NCBI GenBank assembly: GCA_004213955.1 | Contig: SGZL01000004.1 | Span: 4,235-68,234 of the forward strand | Origin: Gammaproteobacteria bacterium | GTDB taxonomy: Bacteria; Pseudomonadota; Gammaproteobacteria; Magnimaribacterales; AG-339-G14 | DNA length: 64,000 nucleotides | Direction: 5' to 3' | Shown here: piece by piece, positions 45,677 through 54,805 of the stretch | Layout: each line of letters begins with the position of its first letter | How positions within the stretch are numbered: the stretch's first letter is position 1 | Position numbers and translations under genes: made by a program | The notes under the pieces: model-generated | What the model saw: the letters and a program-made list of their open reading frames with translations, nothing else | What the model was told of the DNA's origin: nothing | Databases searched by the model: none

Positions 45677-46149
45677 TTTTTTATTTTTAGTCTCAGTTCA
45701 AAGTCTAGGGGACCTAGAGCTTCATGTTTTTCTTTCAGGTTGTTTACACGTTCAAAAGTTTCATCTGGCATTGGAGCAGATTTTCTCAATTTCATGTCAA
45801 TATGAATTAGCAAACACTCAGATATAGCTGAAAGTTCTTTTTTTTCATTAAGTAGGATTGCCGCATGGTGAATAATTTTTCGGTTTACATTTACAATTCG
45901 ATAACAAGGATAAATTTTATCGTTTAAAAGATTTTCTTTGACGTATCGAATATTCTCTTCCAATGTAAATGTTGAATAAGTATCTCTGATTGTTTGTTCA
46001 TCCCATGAAAAGCCAAGATCTTGATACAAAGGTCCAGAACCTTCATCAAATATTTTGGAGTAGAAAGCAACATTCATGTGACCGTTCATGTCGCACATAT
46101 CCTTAGATACAGTAACTATGTTGCCTTTATAGGGGTATTTATTTTCCAT
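45673..46149 (-). CDS. Hotdog-fold acyl-CoA thioesterase (4HBT/YbgC-like)
   Basis: 158 aa. CDMNGHMNVAFYSKIF matches the D-x-N/D-G-H-(V/M)-N..Y motif. Confidence 0.7.
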   Translation of the reverse strand: MENKYPYKGNIVTVSKDMCDMNGHMNVAFYSKIFDEGSGPLYQDLGFSWDEQTIRDTYSTFTLEENIRYVKENLLNDKIYPCYRIVNVNRKIIHHAAILLNEKKELSAISECLLIHIDMKLRKSAPMPDETFERVNNLKEKHEALGPLDFELRLKIKN

Positions 46150-46161
46150 ACAATAAAATTT

Positions 46162-47652
46162 ATGGCTGATGATAACTTACTTATTATTCTAGGCAACCAA
46201 TTATTTCCATTAGAAGAAATAAAAAAAACTGGTGTAAAGAAAATCTTCATGAAAGAAGATTTGGGGCTATGCACTGATTTTAAACACCATAAACTTAAGA
46301 TTTTATTTTTTTTAGGCGCCATGCGTGAATATAAAAAACATCTTGAAGACAATGGTTATGAGGTTTTTTATTATGACATCGAATCAAAAGAGTTTGATAA
46401 ACCTTACATAGAATTACTAAAAAAGAATCTTCAAGAAAACTCAATTAATAAAGTTTTATATTTTGAGATTGAAGATAAAACTTTTGCAAATAAATTCAAT
46501 AAATTTGTTTCTTCAAATCAAATTAAATCAGAAGAAATTCCAACGCCTATGTTTTTATGCAAAAGAAAAGAATTTAATGACTTTTTTGGAAATAAATCAC
46601 TTCGAATGGTTTCTTTTTACCAAATGATGAGAAAAAAATTAAATATTTTAATGGAAGGTGATAAACCAATAGGAGGAAAGTGGTCTTTTGATGATGAAAA
46701 TAGAAAAAAACTTCCCAAAGACATAACTGTTCCCAAACTTCCAACAATTACTCATTCAAACGAAATAGAAAAACTAAAAAACCAAATATCTTTTAAATTT
46801 AAAACACATTACGGAGATCTTGAAGCAATTTGGTTCCCAATGAATAGAAAAGATGCCCTTTTATGGTTAGATAATTTTCTTTTGCATAGATTCCATAACT
46901 TTGGAACCTATGAAGATGCATTACACACCGAACATAATTTTGTCTTTCATAGCGCTATTAGTCCTTTATTAAATATAGGTTTATTAACGCCCAAAGAAGT
47001 AATAGAAAAATCTATTTCATTTGCTGCAAAAAATAACGTTCCTTTAAATTCTCTTGAAGGATTTGTAAGACAAATTATTGGTTGGAGGGAATTTATTAGA
47101 GGCACTTATCACTTTAAAGGAAATGAAGAAGAGAATTCAAATTTTTTTAAGCACACAAAAAAACTTACAAAAGAATGGTACACCGGTGAAACTGGAATTC
47201 CCCCTTTAGATGATGCTATCAAGAATTGTATAAAATTTGGTTTCACTCATCATATCCCGAGATTAATGATAATCAGCAATCTAATGACGCTAGCTCGAAT
47301 AGAGCCTAAGGAAATCTATAACTGGTTCATGGAAATGTTTATAGACTCCTCTGAATGGGTTATGACTCCAAATGTATTTGGAATGGGAACATTTGCAGAT
47401 GGAGGAATTTTTGCAACAAAGCCATATTCTTGTGGATCTAACTATCTCCTCAAAATGAGTAACTATAAAAAAGGTGAATGGTGTGATGTTGTGGACGGTC
47501 TTTACTGGAAGTTTATGGAAGATAATATTGATTTCTTTAGGTCTAATCCACGTCTGTCAATCCTCCCAAGATCTCTAGATAAAATGAATCCTGAGCGAAA
47601 GAAAAAAATCTTTGAGGAAGCTGATAAATTCTTCAGTACTTTCACAGAATGA
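46162..47652 (+). CDS. Cryptochrome/photolyase-family protein, COG3046 (CryPro/FeS-BCP, (6-4)-photolyase-related) type
   Basis: [15 protein letters not shown]..., [36 protein letters not shown] and [11 protein letters not shown] are as in COG3046 proteins. I place the start at ATG 46162. The track start at 46021 would overlap the divergent thioesterase. Confidence 0.8.
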   Translation: MADDNLLIILGNQLFPLEEIKKTGVKKIFMKEDLGLCTDFKHHKLKILFFLGAMREYKKHLEDNGYEVFYYDIESKEFDKPYIELLKKNLQENSINKVLYFEIEDKTFANKFNKFVSSNQIKSEEIPTPMFLCKRKEFNDFFGNKSLRMVSFYQMMRKKLNILMEGDKPIGGKWSFDDENRKKLPKDITVPKLPTITHSNEIEKLKNQISFKFKTHYGDLEAIWFPMNRKDALLWLDNFLLHRFHNFGTYEDALHTEHNFVFHSAISPLLNIGLLTPKEVIEKSISFAAKNNVPLNSLEGFVRQIIGWREFIRGTYHFKGNEEENSNFFKHTKKLTKEWYTGETGIPPLDDAIKNCIKFGFTHHIPRLMIISNLMTLARIEPKEIYNWFMEMFIDSSEWVMTPNVFGMGTFADGGIFATKPYSCGSNYLLKMSNYKKGEWCDVVDGLYWKFMEDNIDFFRSNPRLSILPRSLDKMNPERKKKIFEEADKFFSTFTE

Positions 47653-47783
47653 AAAAAAATAGCGCTGAAAAAATTTGTCCAGTCTGTAAAAAACCTTTCA
47701 CATGGAGAAAAAAATGGGAAAAAAATTGGACTGAAGTGAAATATTGCAGTGAAAGATGCAGAAGAAACAAGTCTAAGAAATAG
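47649..47783 (+). CDS. DUF2256 small zinc-ribbon-like protein
   Basis: Not in the track. [44 protein letters not shown], with CxxC...WRKKW...YCSxRC as in DUF2256. The ATG overlaps the photolyase TGA (ATGA). Confidence 0.65.
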   Translation: MKKNSAEKICPVCKKPFTWRKKWEKNWTEVKYCSERCRRNKSKK

Positions 47784-48780
47784 AAATAACTACCTTTCCT
47801 GTAAGTTTTCTATCTTTTAAATATTTTAATGCCTCAAGTGAGTCTTCAAAACTAAAAATCTTACAAATATAGGGTTTCAATTTTCCTTCATTTGCAAGAT
47901 TGTTAATAATGTCTATATTTTCTCTACCTAAGTCCGGATTTTTTCTACCATATTCTCCTGCTCTAACACCTATAACTGAAAAACCTTTGATAAGAGGATA
48001 ATTCACTGGAAGACTAGATATTCTACCTCCAGCAAATCCAATGATCAGAAGTCTTCCTCCCCAATTAATACATCTAATTGATTCATCAAAAACATCACCG
48101 CCCACTGGGTCATAAATCACATCTGCTCCATTACCATTAGTTAAATCTTTTATTTTTTCTCTAAAAGAAGTCTTACCTTCTTTTAAAGTATTAACGACAT
48201 GATCTGCTCCCCAAGATTTTACAATCTCTAATTTTTCATTAGAAGTTCCAGTAGCTATAACCCTTGCTCCATAAAGTTTTCCAAGTTCTACTGCAGCCAT
48301 ACCTACACCACCGGTAGCGCCATGAACTAAAAGATTTTCTCCCTCTACTAAATTTCCTCTTCTAATCAATCCTACAAATGCAGTTAAATAGACTGTTTTA
48401 AAGGCAGCTGCTTCTTCGAAAGAATAAGATTTTGGTTTCTGTGAAAGCATAGATTCCGGTAAAACAATTTCTTTAGCAATTGCGCCGTGACCCCAACTAC
48501 CAAACATAACTTCATCTCCCTCTTTGAATGAGCAAGAACTAGAACCCACTTCAGAAACAATTCCGGCCCCTTCCATTCCTAAAGCAAAAGGTAAGTTAGG
48601 TTTATTTTGGTATTTTCCCTGAGTCATTAACAAGTCAGGAAAATTTAAAGAAGCAGCTTTAATTGAAATTTTTACAGAATTTTCTTCGACAAAAGAAATC
48701 GGAATTTTTTTAAAAGATAAGCCTTCAAAGTTATCTGAAAGATTTGAACAAACAAATCCCTCAGTTAACTTTTGACTCAT
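47773..48780 (-). CDS. NADPH:quinone oxidoreductase / zinc-type alcohol dehydrogenase-like (MDR) protein
   Basis: 335 aa with a GroES-like N-domain and a [11 protein letters not shown] Rossmann motif. Confidence 0.85.
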   Translation of the reverse strand: MSQKLTEGFVCSNLSDNFEGLSFKKIPISFVEENSVKISIKAASLNFPDLLMTQGKYQNKPNLPFALGMEGAGIVSEVGSSSCSFKEGDEVMFGSWGHGAIAKEIVLPESMLSQKPKSYSFEEAAAFKTVYLTAFVGLIRRGNLVEGENLLVHGATGGVGMAAVELGKLYGARVIATGTSNEKLEIVKSWGADHVVNTLKEGKTSFREKIKDLTNGNGADVIYDPVGGDVFDESIRCINWGGRLLIIGFAGGRISSLPVNYPLIKGFSVIGVRAGEYGRKNPDLGRENIDIINNLANEGKLKPYICKIFSFEDSLEALKYLKDRKLTGKVVISIS

Positions 48781-48798
48781 TAATCAGCAAGAAAAGTA

Positions 48799-50061
48799 TT
48801 ATCCTTGCGCTGATTTTGGTTTGATATTTTCTACGTTAGATTGAGCTGCTTGATGTTTACTTAATTCTATTCGAGCTACTGTTCTTCTATGCACTTCATC
48901 TGGACCATCAGCTAATCTTAAAGTTCTCATTCCTGCGTACATTCTTGCTAATGGGGTGTCTTGTGAGACTCCTCCACCGCCATGAATTTGAATCGCTTTG
49001 TCAATTACTGAAAGAGCCATTTTAGGAACTGCTACTTTGATTTGAGCTATATCAGACTTAGCAATCTTATTTCCTAATTTATCCATACGATCTGCAGCCC
49101 TGTAAGTAAGTAATCTACACATCTCAATTTCCATTCTACAGTCTGCGATAACGTCGTAGTTACCTCCTAACTCAGCCAATTGTTTTCCAAAGGCAACTCT
49201 TTCAAGAGATCTTTTGCATAACAGGTCTAATGCCCTTTCAGCTACGCCAATAGTTCTCATACAATGATGAATTCTTCCAGGACCTAATCTTCCCTGTGCA
49301 ATTTCAAATCCCCTTCCTTCTCCTAGAATCATATTTGATTTAGGAACACGAACGTTCGTAAATTTCATATGAGCATGCCCATGTGGGGCATCATCATTAC
49401 CAAAAACAGTCATCATTCTTAAGATTTCAACCCCTGGTGTATCCATAGGTACTAAAATTTGCGATTGTCTTTGATGTTTAGGGTTGTCTGGATTTGATAC
49501 ACCCATGAAAATAATAATCTTACATCTTGGATCTCCAGCTCCAGAAGTCCACCACTTTTCTCCATTGATAACATATTCATCACCATCTTCGACAATAGAG
49601 CTAGAAATATTGGTCGCATCAGAAGAAGCTACGTTTGGTTCAGTCATTCCAAATGCAGATCTTATTTCACCTGCAAGAAGAGGCTCTAACCATTCTCTTT
49701 TCTGTTCATCAGTTCCATATTTATCAATTACTTCCATATTTCCTGTATCTGGAGCCGAACAATTGAAAACTTCTGAAGCAATTCCAACAGTTCCCATCAA
49801 CTCAGACAAAGGCGCATACTCAAGATTTGTTAACCCATAACCATATTCTGATTCAGGTAAAAAAAGATTCCAAAGACCTGCTTTTTTAGCTTTCGCTTTT
49901 AATTCGTCTAAAATCGGAGGCTGTTCCCATCTTTTTCCATTAGCACTCATTTCTTCATGCTGTTGATGATAAGTTTTTTCACCTTCGTAAAGGTGATCAT
50001 CCATAAATTGCTGTATTTTGCTTAATAATTCTTTAGTTTTATCTGAATGTTCGAAATTCAT
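48799..50061 (-). CDS. Acyl-CoA dehydrogenase (ACAD10/11-type C-terminal domain-like)
   Basis: 420 aa with [37 protein letters not shown] and ADGPDEVHR. Confidence 0.9.
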   Translation of the reverse strand: MNFEHSDKTKELLSKIQQFMDDHLYEGEKTYHQQHEEMSANGKRWEQPPILDELKAKAKKAGLWNLFLPESEYGYGLTNLEYAPLSELMGTVGIASEVFNCSAPDTGNMEVIDKYGTDEQKREWLEPLLAGEIRSAFGMTEPNVASSDATNISSSIVEDGDEYVINGEKWWTSGAGDPRCKIIIFMGVSNPDNPKHQRQSQILVPMDTPGVEILRMMTVFGNDDAPHGHAHMKFTNVRVPKSNMILGEGRGFEIAQGRLGPGRIHHCMRTIGVAERALDLLCKRSLERVAFGKQLAELGGNYDVIADCRMEIEMCRLLTYRAADRMDKLGNKIAKSDIAQIKVAVPKMALSVIDKAIQIHGGGGVSQDTPLARMYAGMRTLRLADGPDEVHRRTVARIELSKHQAAQSNVENIKPKSAQG

Positions 50062-50142
50062 AGTTTATTCTCCAATTGAGTAAGAAATTTTACACATTTC
50101 CTTAAAAATTAGTATATTTATTAAGTTATAAAACCATATCAA

Positions 50143-50937
50143 ATGATTAAATCTCTCGATCGAATTTCTATTGCGACTAGCGATCTCGAAAGGTCAAAAA
50201 AGACTTTTAGTGATTTCTTTGATTCTTCACCTGCATTTGAGGCAATAGAAGAAAATCTTGGATACAAAAGCTTAATTTATAATTTTGAAAATACTCAACT
50301 TGAATTAATAAGTCACTTAGAAAAAAAAGAGAATTCTGAATTAACTAATTATTTAATCAAAAATCCAAACGGTGGCTTATTTGGCTTTTCTCTTCAATCT
50401 GAAAATAAAGAAATGTTTGAACAAATAAAAAAATCACCATCCGTTGAAGTTGAGGAGATAACCGAAGAAAAAAAAATAACTTTTCTATCAAATGATTTAA
50501 AACAATCAAAAAATTTCAAGCTTTCTTTAAATCATTATGACTCTCCTTCAATAAAGAAAAATATAGATTCTGATTTATTCGCTTTGGACCACTTAGTAAT
50601 CACTACCAATAATGGAGAGAATATAGTTAATTTATACAAAGAGAAATTGGGTATAAGACTCGCTCTTGATCAAATGGTAGAGGAATGGGGAGGTAGAATG
50701 TTATTTTTCAGGACGGGACAAGCAACAATAGAAGTAATTGATAATAAAGTCCCGGGAGAAGATAATTTTTGGGGACTTGCTTGGAAAACAAAAAATATTA
50801 AAAAGACTTGTGAAAGACTTGCTAAAAAAAATATCAATGTAAGCGAAGTCAGAAAAGGAAGAAAAAAAGATACTCTAGTAGCAACCGTAAAATTTGATGA
50901 AATTAAAATACCTACTTTATTGGTAGAGCATCTATGA
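50143..50937 (+). CDS. Two-module VOC/glyoxalase-fold protein (tentative)
   Basis: 264 aa with two repeats starting LDRISIATSDLERSKKTF and LDHLVITTNNGENIVNLYKEKLGI, typical VOC module starts. Confidence 0.5.
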   Translation: MIKSLDRISIATSDLERSKKTFSDFFDSSPAFEAIEENLGYKSLIYNFENTQLELISHLEKKENSELTNYLIKNPNGGLFGFSLQSENKEMFEQIKKSPSVEVEEITEEKKITFLSNDLKQSKNFKLSLNHYDSPSIKKNIDSDLFALDHLVITTNNGENIVNLYKEKLGIRLALDQMVEEWGGRMLFFRTGQATIEVIDNKVPGEDNFWGLAWKTKNIKKTCERLAKKNINVSEVRKGRKKDTLVATVKFDEIKIPTLLVEHL

Positions 50938-50987
50938 TGCTAAGAAATGAATTTTACCGTTATCTATTTTTTACTTAGAAAAATTTT

Positions 50988-51072
50988 TGGTGCGGATAGA
51001 GGGAGTCGAACCCCCACACCTTTCGGCACTGGTACCTAAAACCAGCGTGTCTACCAATTCCACCATATCCGC
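50988..51072 (-). tRNA. tRNA-Leu (anticodon UAG), CCA encoded
   Basis: The reverse complement GCGGATATGGTGGAATTGGTAGACACGCTGGTTTTAGGTACCAGTGCCGAAAGGTGTGGGGGTTCGACTCCCTCTATCCGCACCA folds by eye. It has a 7-bp acceptor stem, an anticodon stem CTGGT/ACCAG with loop TTTAGGT, a long variable arm, and a GGGGG-TTCGACT-CCCTC T-arm. Confidence 0.9.
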
Positions 51073-51098
51073 TATAAAAGGAAAGTTAAATTAATCTA

Positions 51099-51731
51099 TT
51101 ATGGTTCCGGATTCAAGTTTGATGAATTCAATTGTTGATCGATCTCTAGTAATCTTTGATTAATTTGTAATCTGTATGCGTCTATAGATTTAATCGCTTC
51201 ATTTAAATCATTAAATTTTTGATCATATATTCCGGCTTTTAATTCTAATGAAGACAATTTTGCAATTCTTCCTTGTAAATCAAACATCGATGTATTTAAT
51301 TTTTTTAAATTATTATTTATTAATTCAAAATCTTTTGAATTTAAGTTAATAGCCTGAGTTATTTCATTTACTTGGTTTTCCAATAGAGCAATATTTTTTT
51401 TATTTCTTTTGTTACTTAAATCCCAAAGTTTTCTTACCTCTGAATTTAAAAGTTTTATGTCTTGAAGAATGCTACCTACTCTTTCTTCTGCAAAATTAGA
51501 TTGAGACTGAAATGATTCTTCAATATCAATTAGTCTAGTATTAATTTGGTTAAGATTGTTTTGTTGTTGTTTAAGGCCGGTATAGAACCAGTAAAAGAAA
51601 AACCCAGAAAATATTAATAGCACAAAAGGAATTACTAAGGATTTTGGTGGAATTTGAGAAGAAGCAAAAATTTTTCTTGTCGACAAGCCTCTATCTGACA
51701 ACTTATTTACTTTTAATTTCTCTTGATTCAT
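51099..51731 (-). CDS. Membrane-anchored coiled-coil protein (hypothetical)
   Basis: 210 aa with a TM helix (VIPFVLLIFSGFFFYWFY), then Q/N/L-rich heptad-like sequence. Confidence 0.45.
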   Translation of the reverse strand: MNQEKLKVNKLSDRGLSTRKIFASSQIPPKSLVIPFVLLIFSGFFFYWFYTGLKQQQNNLNQINTRLIDIEESFQSQSNFAEERVGSILQDIKLLNSEVRKLWDLSNKRNKKNIALLENQVNEITQAINLNSKDFELINNNLKKLNTSMFDLQGRIAKLSSLELKAGIYDQKFNDLNEAIKSIDAYRLQINQRLLEIDQQLNSSNLNPEP

Positions 51732-51774
51732 TGTAGATTTATTTTATAGAAATAACATTTCAAAGGGAGAAAAA

Positions 51775-52884
51775 ATGAATTTTGAGTTTTCAGATGAACA
51801 AATAGCCATGAAAGATGAAGTTCGCAAGCTTCTTGATAAAGAAAATTCTTTAAAAAGAAATAGAACCATTCTTGAGGGTGAAGAAAAATTTGATAAAGAA
51901 TTATGGGATTCTTTGGTGGCTATGGGTTTAACAGCGGTAACAATTCCTGAGGAATTTGGAGGAATTGGCATGGGCTACCTTGAATTATGTGTGATAGCAG
52001 AAGAATTAGGGAGGGCTATTGCTCCAGTTCCATATTCCTCAAGTGTATATTTAGCTACAACTGCGATATTGAATTGCGCTAACGATGAGATTAAAAAAGA
52101 ATTTTTACCAAAACTTGCCTCTGGAGAAATTATAGGAACTTTTGCTCACGCAGAATCTTCAGGCTTTCCTTTAGAAAAAAGTATTAATTGTAATTTTTCT
52201 TCTGGAAAAATTTCAGGAACTAAAGCTGCTGTTCCAGACGCTGATATTGCAGATTTTGCAATAGTATCTGCTAAGAATTCTGCTGGTGTTGGTTTATATT
52301 TAATTGATTTAAATGATGAAAGTGTAGAAATTTCTTCGCTAGATACTTTTGATCCTTCTAGATCTCATGGAAACATAGATATTAAAGATGCAAGTGCAAG
52401 AGAGCTCATATCTGATGGTTGGTTAGAAATTGAAAAAATTCTTGATCAGTCAGCTGTCTTATTTTCTTTTGAACAGATTGGTGGTGCTGAAGCAGCAATG
52501 AACATGGCCAAAGATTATGCTCAAGGAAGATATGCTTTTGGCAGGTCAATTGCATCATTTCAAGCAATAAAACATAAAATTGCTGACATGTATATTTCAT
52601 TACAACTAGCAAGATCAAACTGTTATTTTGGAGCTTGGGCATTATCCAACGAAGCTTCGGAACTCCCTACTGCTGCTGCAACAGCTAGAGTAAGTGCTAC
52701 AAAAGCTTTTTATGAATGTTCTAAAGAAAATATACAAACTCATGGTGGTATGGGCGCTACTTGGGAGTTTGATTGCCACTTGTTTTATCGTAGGTCTAGA
52801 CTTTTAGCCAGTAATATTGGAAGTCAAGGCGTTTGGAAAGAGAAGCTTATTTCTTCAATAGAAAAAAGTAATTTACAGATATAA
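51775..52884 (+). CDS. Acyl-CoA dehydrogenase family protein (shorter paralogue, degenerate mid-domain motif)
   Basis: 369 aa with an ACAD N-terminus (FSDEQ...), and a C-terminal HGGMGATWEFD. The usual TEPxxGSD block reads AHAESSGFP. Confidence 0.8.
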   Translation: MNFEFSDEQIAMKDEVRKLLDKENSLKRNRTILEGEEKFDKELWDSLVAMGLTAVTIPEEFGGIGMGYLELCVIAEELGRAIAPVPYSSSVYLATTAILNCANDEIKKEFLPKLASGEIIGTFAHAESSGFPLEKSINCNFSSGKISGTKAAVPDADIADFAIVSAKNSAGVGLYLIDLNDESVEISSLDTFDPSRSHGNIDIKDASARELISDGWLEIEKILDQSAVLFSFEQIGGAEAAMNMAKDYAQGRYAFGRSIASFQAIKHKIADMYISLQLARSNCYFGAWALSNEASELPTAAATARVSATKAFYECSKENIQTHGGMGATWEFDCHLFYRRSRLLASNIGSQGVWKEKLISSIEKSNLQI

Positions 52885-52950
52885 TGTTCAGTTATAGAAC
52901 TAGTAATTTGATAGAAAAATTGGTTAACTAATAAAAAAAAAGAGGAAATT

Positions 52951-54207
52951 ATGGATTTTAACGACACTCCTGAAGAGGCTAAATTTAGAAAAGAATCGTC
53001 TGAATGGTTAAAAGAGAATTTTGAAAAATTCGATAATGAAAAATCGTCATCGGATAAAAGCGCTAAATCTTCAGCTGAACCAAGTAAAACTTCTCAAGAT
53101 GAGAGCAAAGCACTTGAACTAGCAAAAAAATGGCAAACAATTAAATATGATGCTGGTTGGGCATGCTTGCATTGGCCAAAAGATTACGGTGGACGAGATG
53201 CTACACCAATTGAGAGAGTTATTTGGTCCCAAGAAGAGTCTAAATATTCTATTCCTGGAGGTTTCTTTGAAATTGGTCAAGGAATGGCTGGTCCGGTAAT
53301 GATGATGTACGCAACTGAAGAACAAAAGAAAGAACACTTACCGCCTATGGCTAAAGGCGAGAAAATTTGGTGTCAGCTTTTTAGTGAACCAGGAGCAGGT
53401 TCGGATCTTGCAGGTATAAAAACTAAAGCTGAACTAGATGGAGATACTTGGACTATAAATGGACAAAAAGTTTGGACTTCAGGAGCTCATTATTCTGACT
53501 GGGGAATATTAGTAACAAGAAGTGATTTCGATGCTCCTAAACATAAAGGTTTAACTTATTTTTTCTTAGACATGAAATCACCTGGAATTGAAATTCGTCC
53601 AATAAAACAAATTAATGGTGGCGCTAATTTCAATGAAGTTTACTTCACTGACGTGAAAATACCTGATTCACAAAGATTAGGAGATGTGGGCGATGGTTGG
53701 AGAGTAGCACTAACTACTCTTATGAATGAACGTCTTGCAGTAGGAGACGCATCTGGAGTTGACTTTAAAGAAATTTTTGAACTTGCTAAAGAAAATGATT
53801 TTTATGGTGAGCCAGCTGTTAAAAATTCTGCCGTTCGTGAAAAGTTGGCTGACTGGTACTGTGAATACTCGGGTCTTAAAAATACTAAAATGAGAAGAAT
53901 ATCTGCTCTCTCAAAAGGTGAAACACCAGGTCCAGAAGCATCAATAACCAAGATTGTGAGTGCTAATAAATTACAAGACATTGCTAATTTTGGAATGGAT
54001 ATACTCGATCAAGCAGGCATTAATAGTGAAGGAAACTTAAAATATCACGGGAGTTTATTAGGGGCACCTCTTATTAGAATAGCTGGTGGAACTGATGAAA
54101 TTCTTAGAAATATTATTGCTGAACAAGTACTTGGAATGCCTCAGGACGTTAGATTAGATAAAAATGTTCCTTTTAATGAGATTCCTACTGGCGAAAAGTC
54201 TAATTAA
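52951..54207 (+). CDS. Acyl-CoA dehydrogenase family protein
   Basis: 418 aa with FSEPGAGSDLAG, KVWTSGA, LMNERLAVG and AGGTDEILRNIIA. Confidence 0.85.
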   Translation: MDFNDTPEEAKFRKESSEWLKENFEKFDNEKSSSDKSAKSSAEPSKTSQDESKALELAKKWQTIKYDAGWACLHWPKDYGGRDATPIERVIWSQEESKYSIPGGFFEIGQGMAGPVMMMYATEEQKKEHLPPMAKGEKIWCQLFSEPGAGSDLAGIKTKAELDGDTWTINGQKVWTSGAHYSDWGILVTRSDFDAPKHKGLTYFFLDMKSPGIEIRPIKQINGGANFNEVYFTDVKIPDSQRLGDVGDGWRVALTTLMNERLAVGDASGVDFKEIFELAKENDFYGEPAVKNSAVREKLADWYCEYSGLKNTKMRRISALSKGETPGPEASITKIVSANKLQDIANFGMDILDQAGINSEGNLKYHGSLLGAPLIRIAGGTDEILRNIIAEQVLGMPQDVRLDKNVPFNEIPTGEKSN

Positions 54208-54805
54208 ATAAAAAATAAAACGGGTTTTTAAGTTCATCCTTGCAGCCAGTAAACTGCCTGCGGTAATCATTCGCTGACCTTTGAACTTTGTCAGCAACAC
54301 CAAGTAACCAAGGTTTAGACCTGTATGAACCCTTTCTAAATCCTTCAGGGCCTTCATGATAAGCAAGATATAAAGATCTGGCATTCTTTTTTGAAATACG
54401 TAAATTTTTACTATTTCTGTTGTTGTACCATCCTATAAAATCTACGGAATCTGAAAAATTAGTCCTTGAGGCGAAAGTTCTTCCTGCTTCTTCCTTATAA
54501 AGATCCCAAGTTCCATCAATTACTTGAGCATATCCATAAGCACTGCTTTCTCTTTTCCAAGGAATCAGACCAAAAAAAATTCTTTCTCTTTCTGGTTTTG
54601 CTCCTTGTTGAAAACTTGATTCTTGTTTTATAAAAGCCATAGTAATAGAAGGTTCGATATCCCATCTTTCATAAGTTCTAATTGAAGCTTTATACCAGCT
54701 TCTTTTTTCATCGAATATTTCACATATGTCGTTTGGACTTTTCGGAGGAGAAGTCGCGCAGGAATTTATAATTAGTAAAAGCAGGGATAATTTTATTAAT
54801 TTCAT
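54200..54805 (-). CDS. Lipoprotein with lytic-transglycosylase (SLT)-like domain
   Basis: 201 aa with a signal peptide and lipobox (LLLLIINSC), FIKQESSF (catalytic Glu-Ser) and YGYAQVIDGTW. Confidence 0.55.
   Translation of the reverse strand: MKLIKLSLLLLIINSCATSPPKSPNDICEIFDEKRSWYKASIRTYERWDIEPSITMAFIKQESSFQQGAKPERERIFFGLIPWKRESSAYGYAQVIDGTWDLYKEEAGRTFASRTNFSDSVDFIGWYNNRNSKNLRISKKNARSLYLAYHEGPEGFRKGSYRSKPWLLGVADKVQRSANDYRRQFTGCKDELKNPFYFLFN

Noticed and set aside
46021-46161. N-terminal 47-codon extension of the photolyase ORF given in the track.
   Set aside because: The extension overlaps the 5' part of the divergent thioesterase gene (45673-46149) and has no photolyase-like sequence. The conserved N-terminus ([15 protein letters not shown]) begins at ATG 46162.
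50938-51098. Possibility that tRNA-Leu marks an integration hotspot or genomic island.
   Set aside because: I saw no integrase, no direct repeat of the tRNA 3' end nearby, and no compositional change. The flanking genes (a VOC protein, a coiled-coil protein and ACADs) look like ordinary chromosomal genes.
51744-51971. 75-aa minus-strand ORF overlapping the start of the acyl-CoA dehydrogenase gene.
   Set aside because: It is antisense to a strongly supported ACAD N-terminus (MNFEFSDEQ...), and its S/F-rich translation shows no motif.
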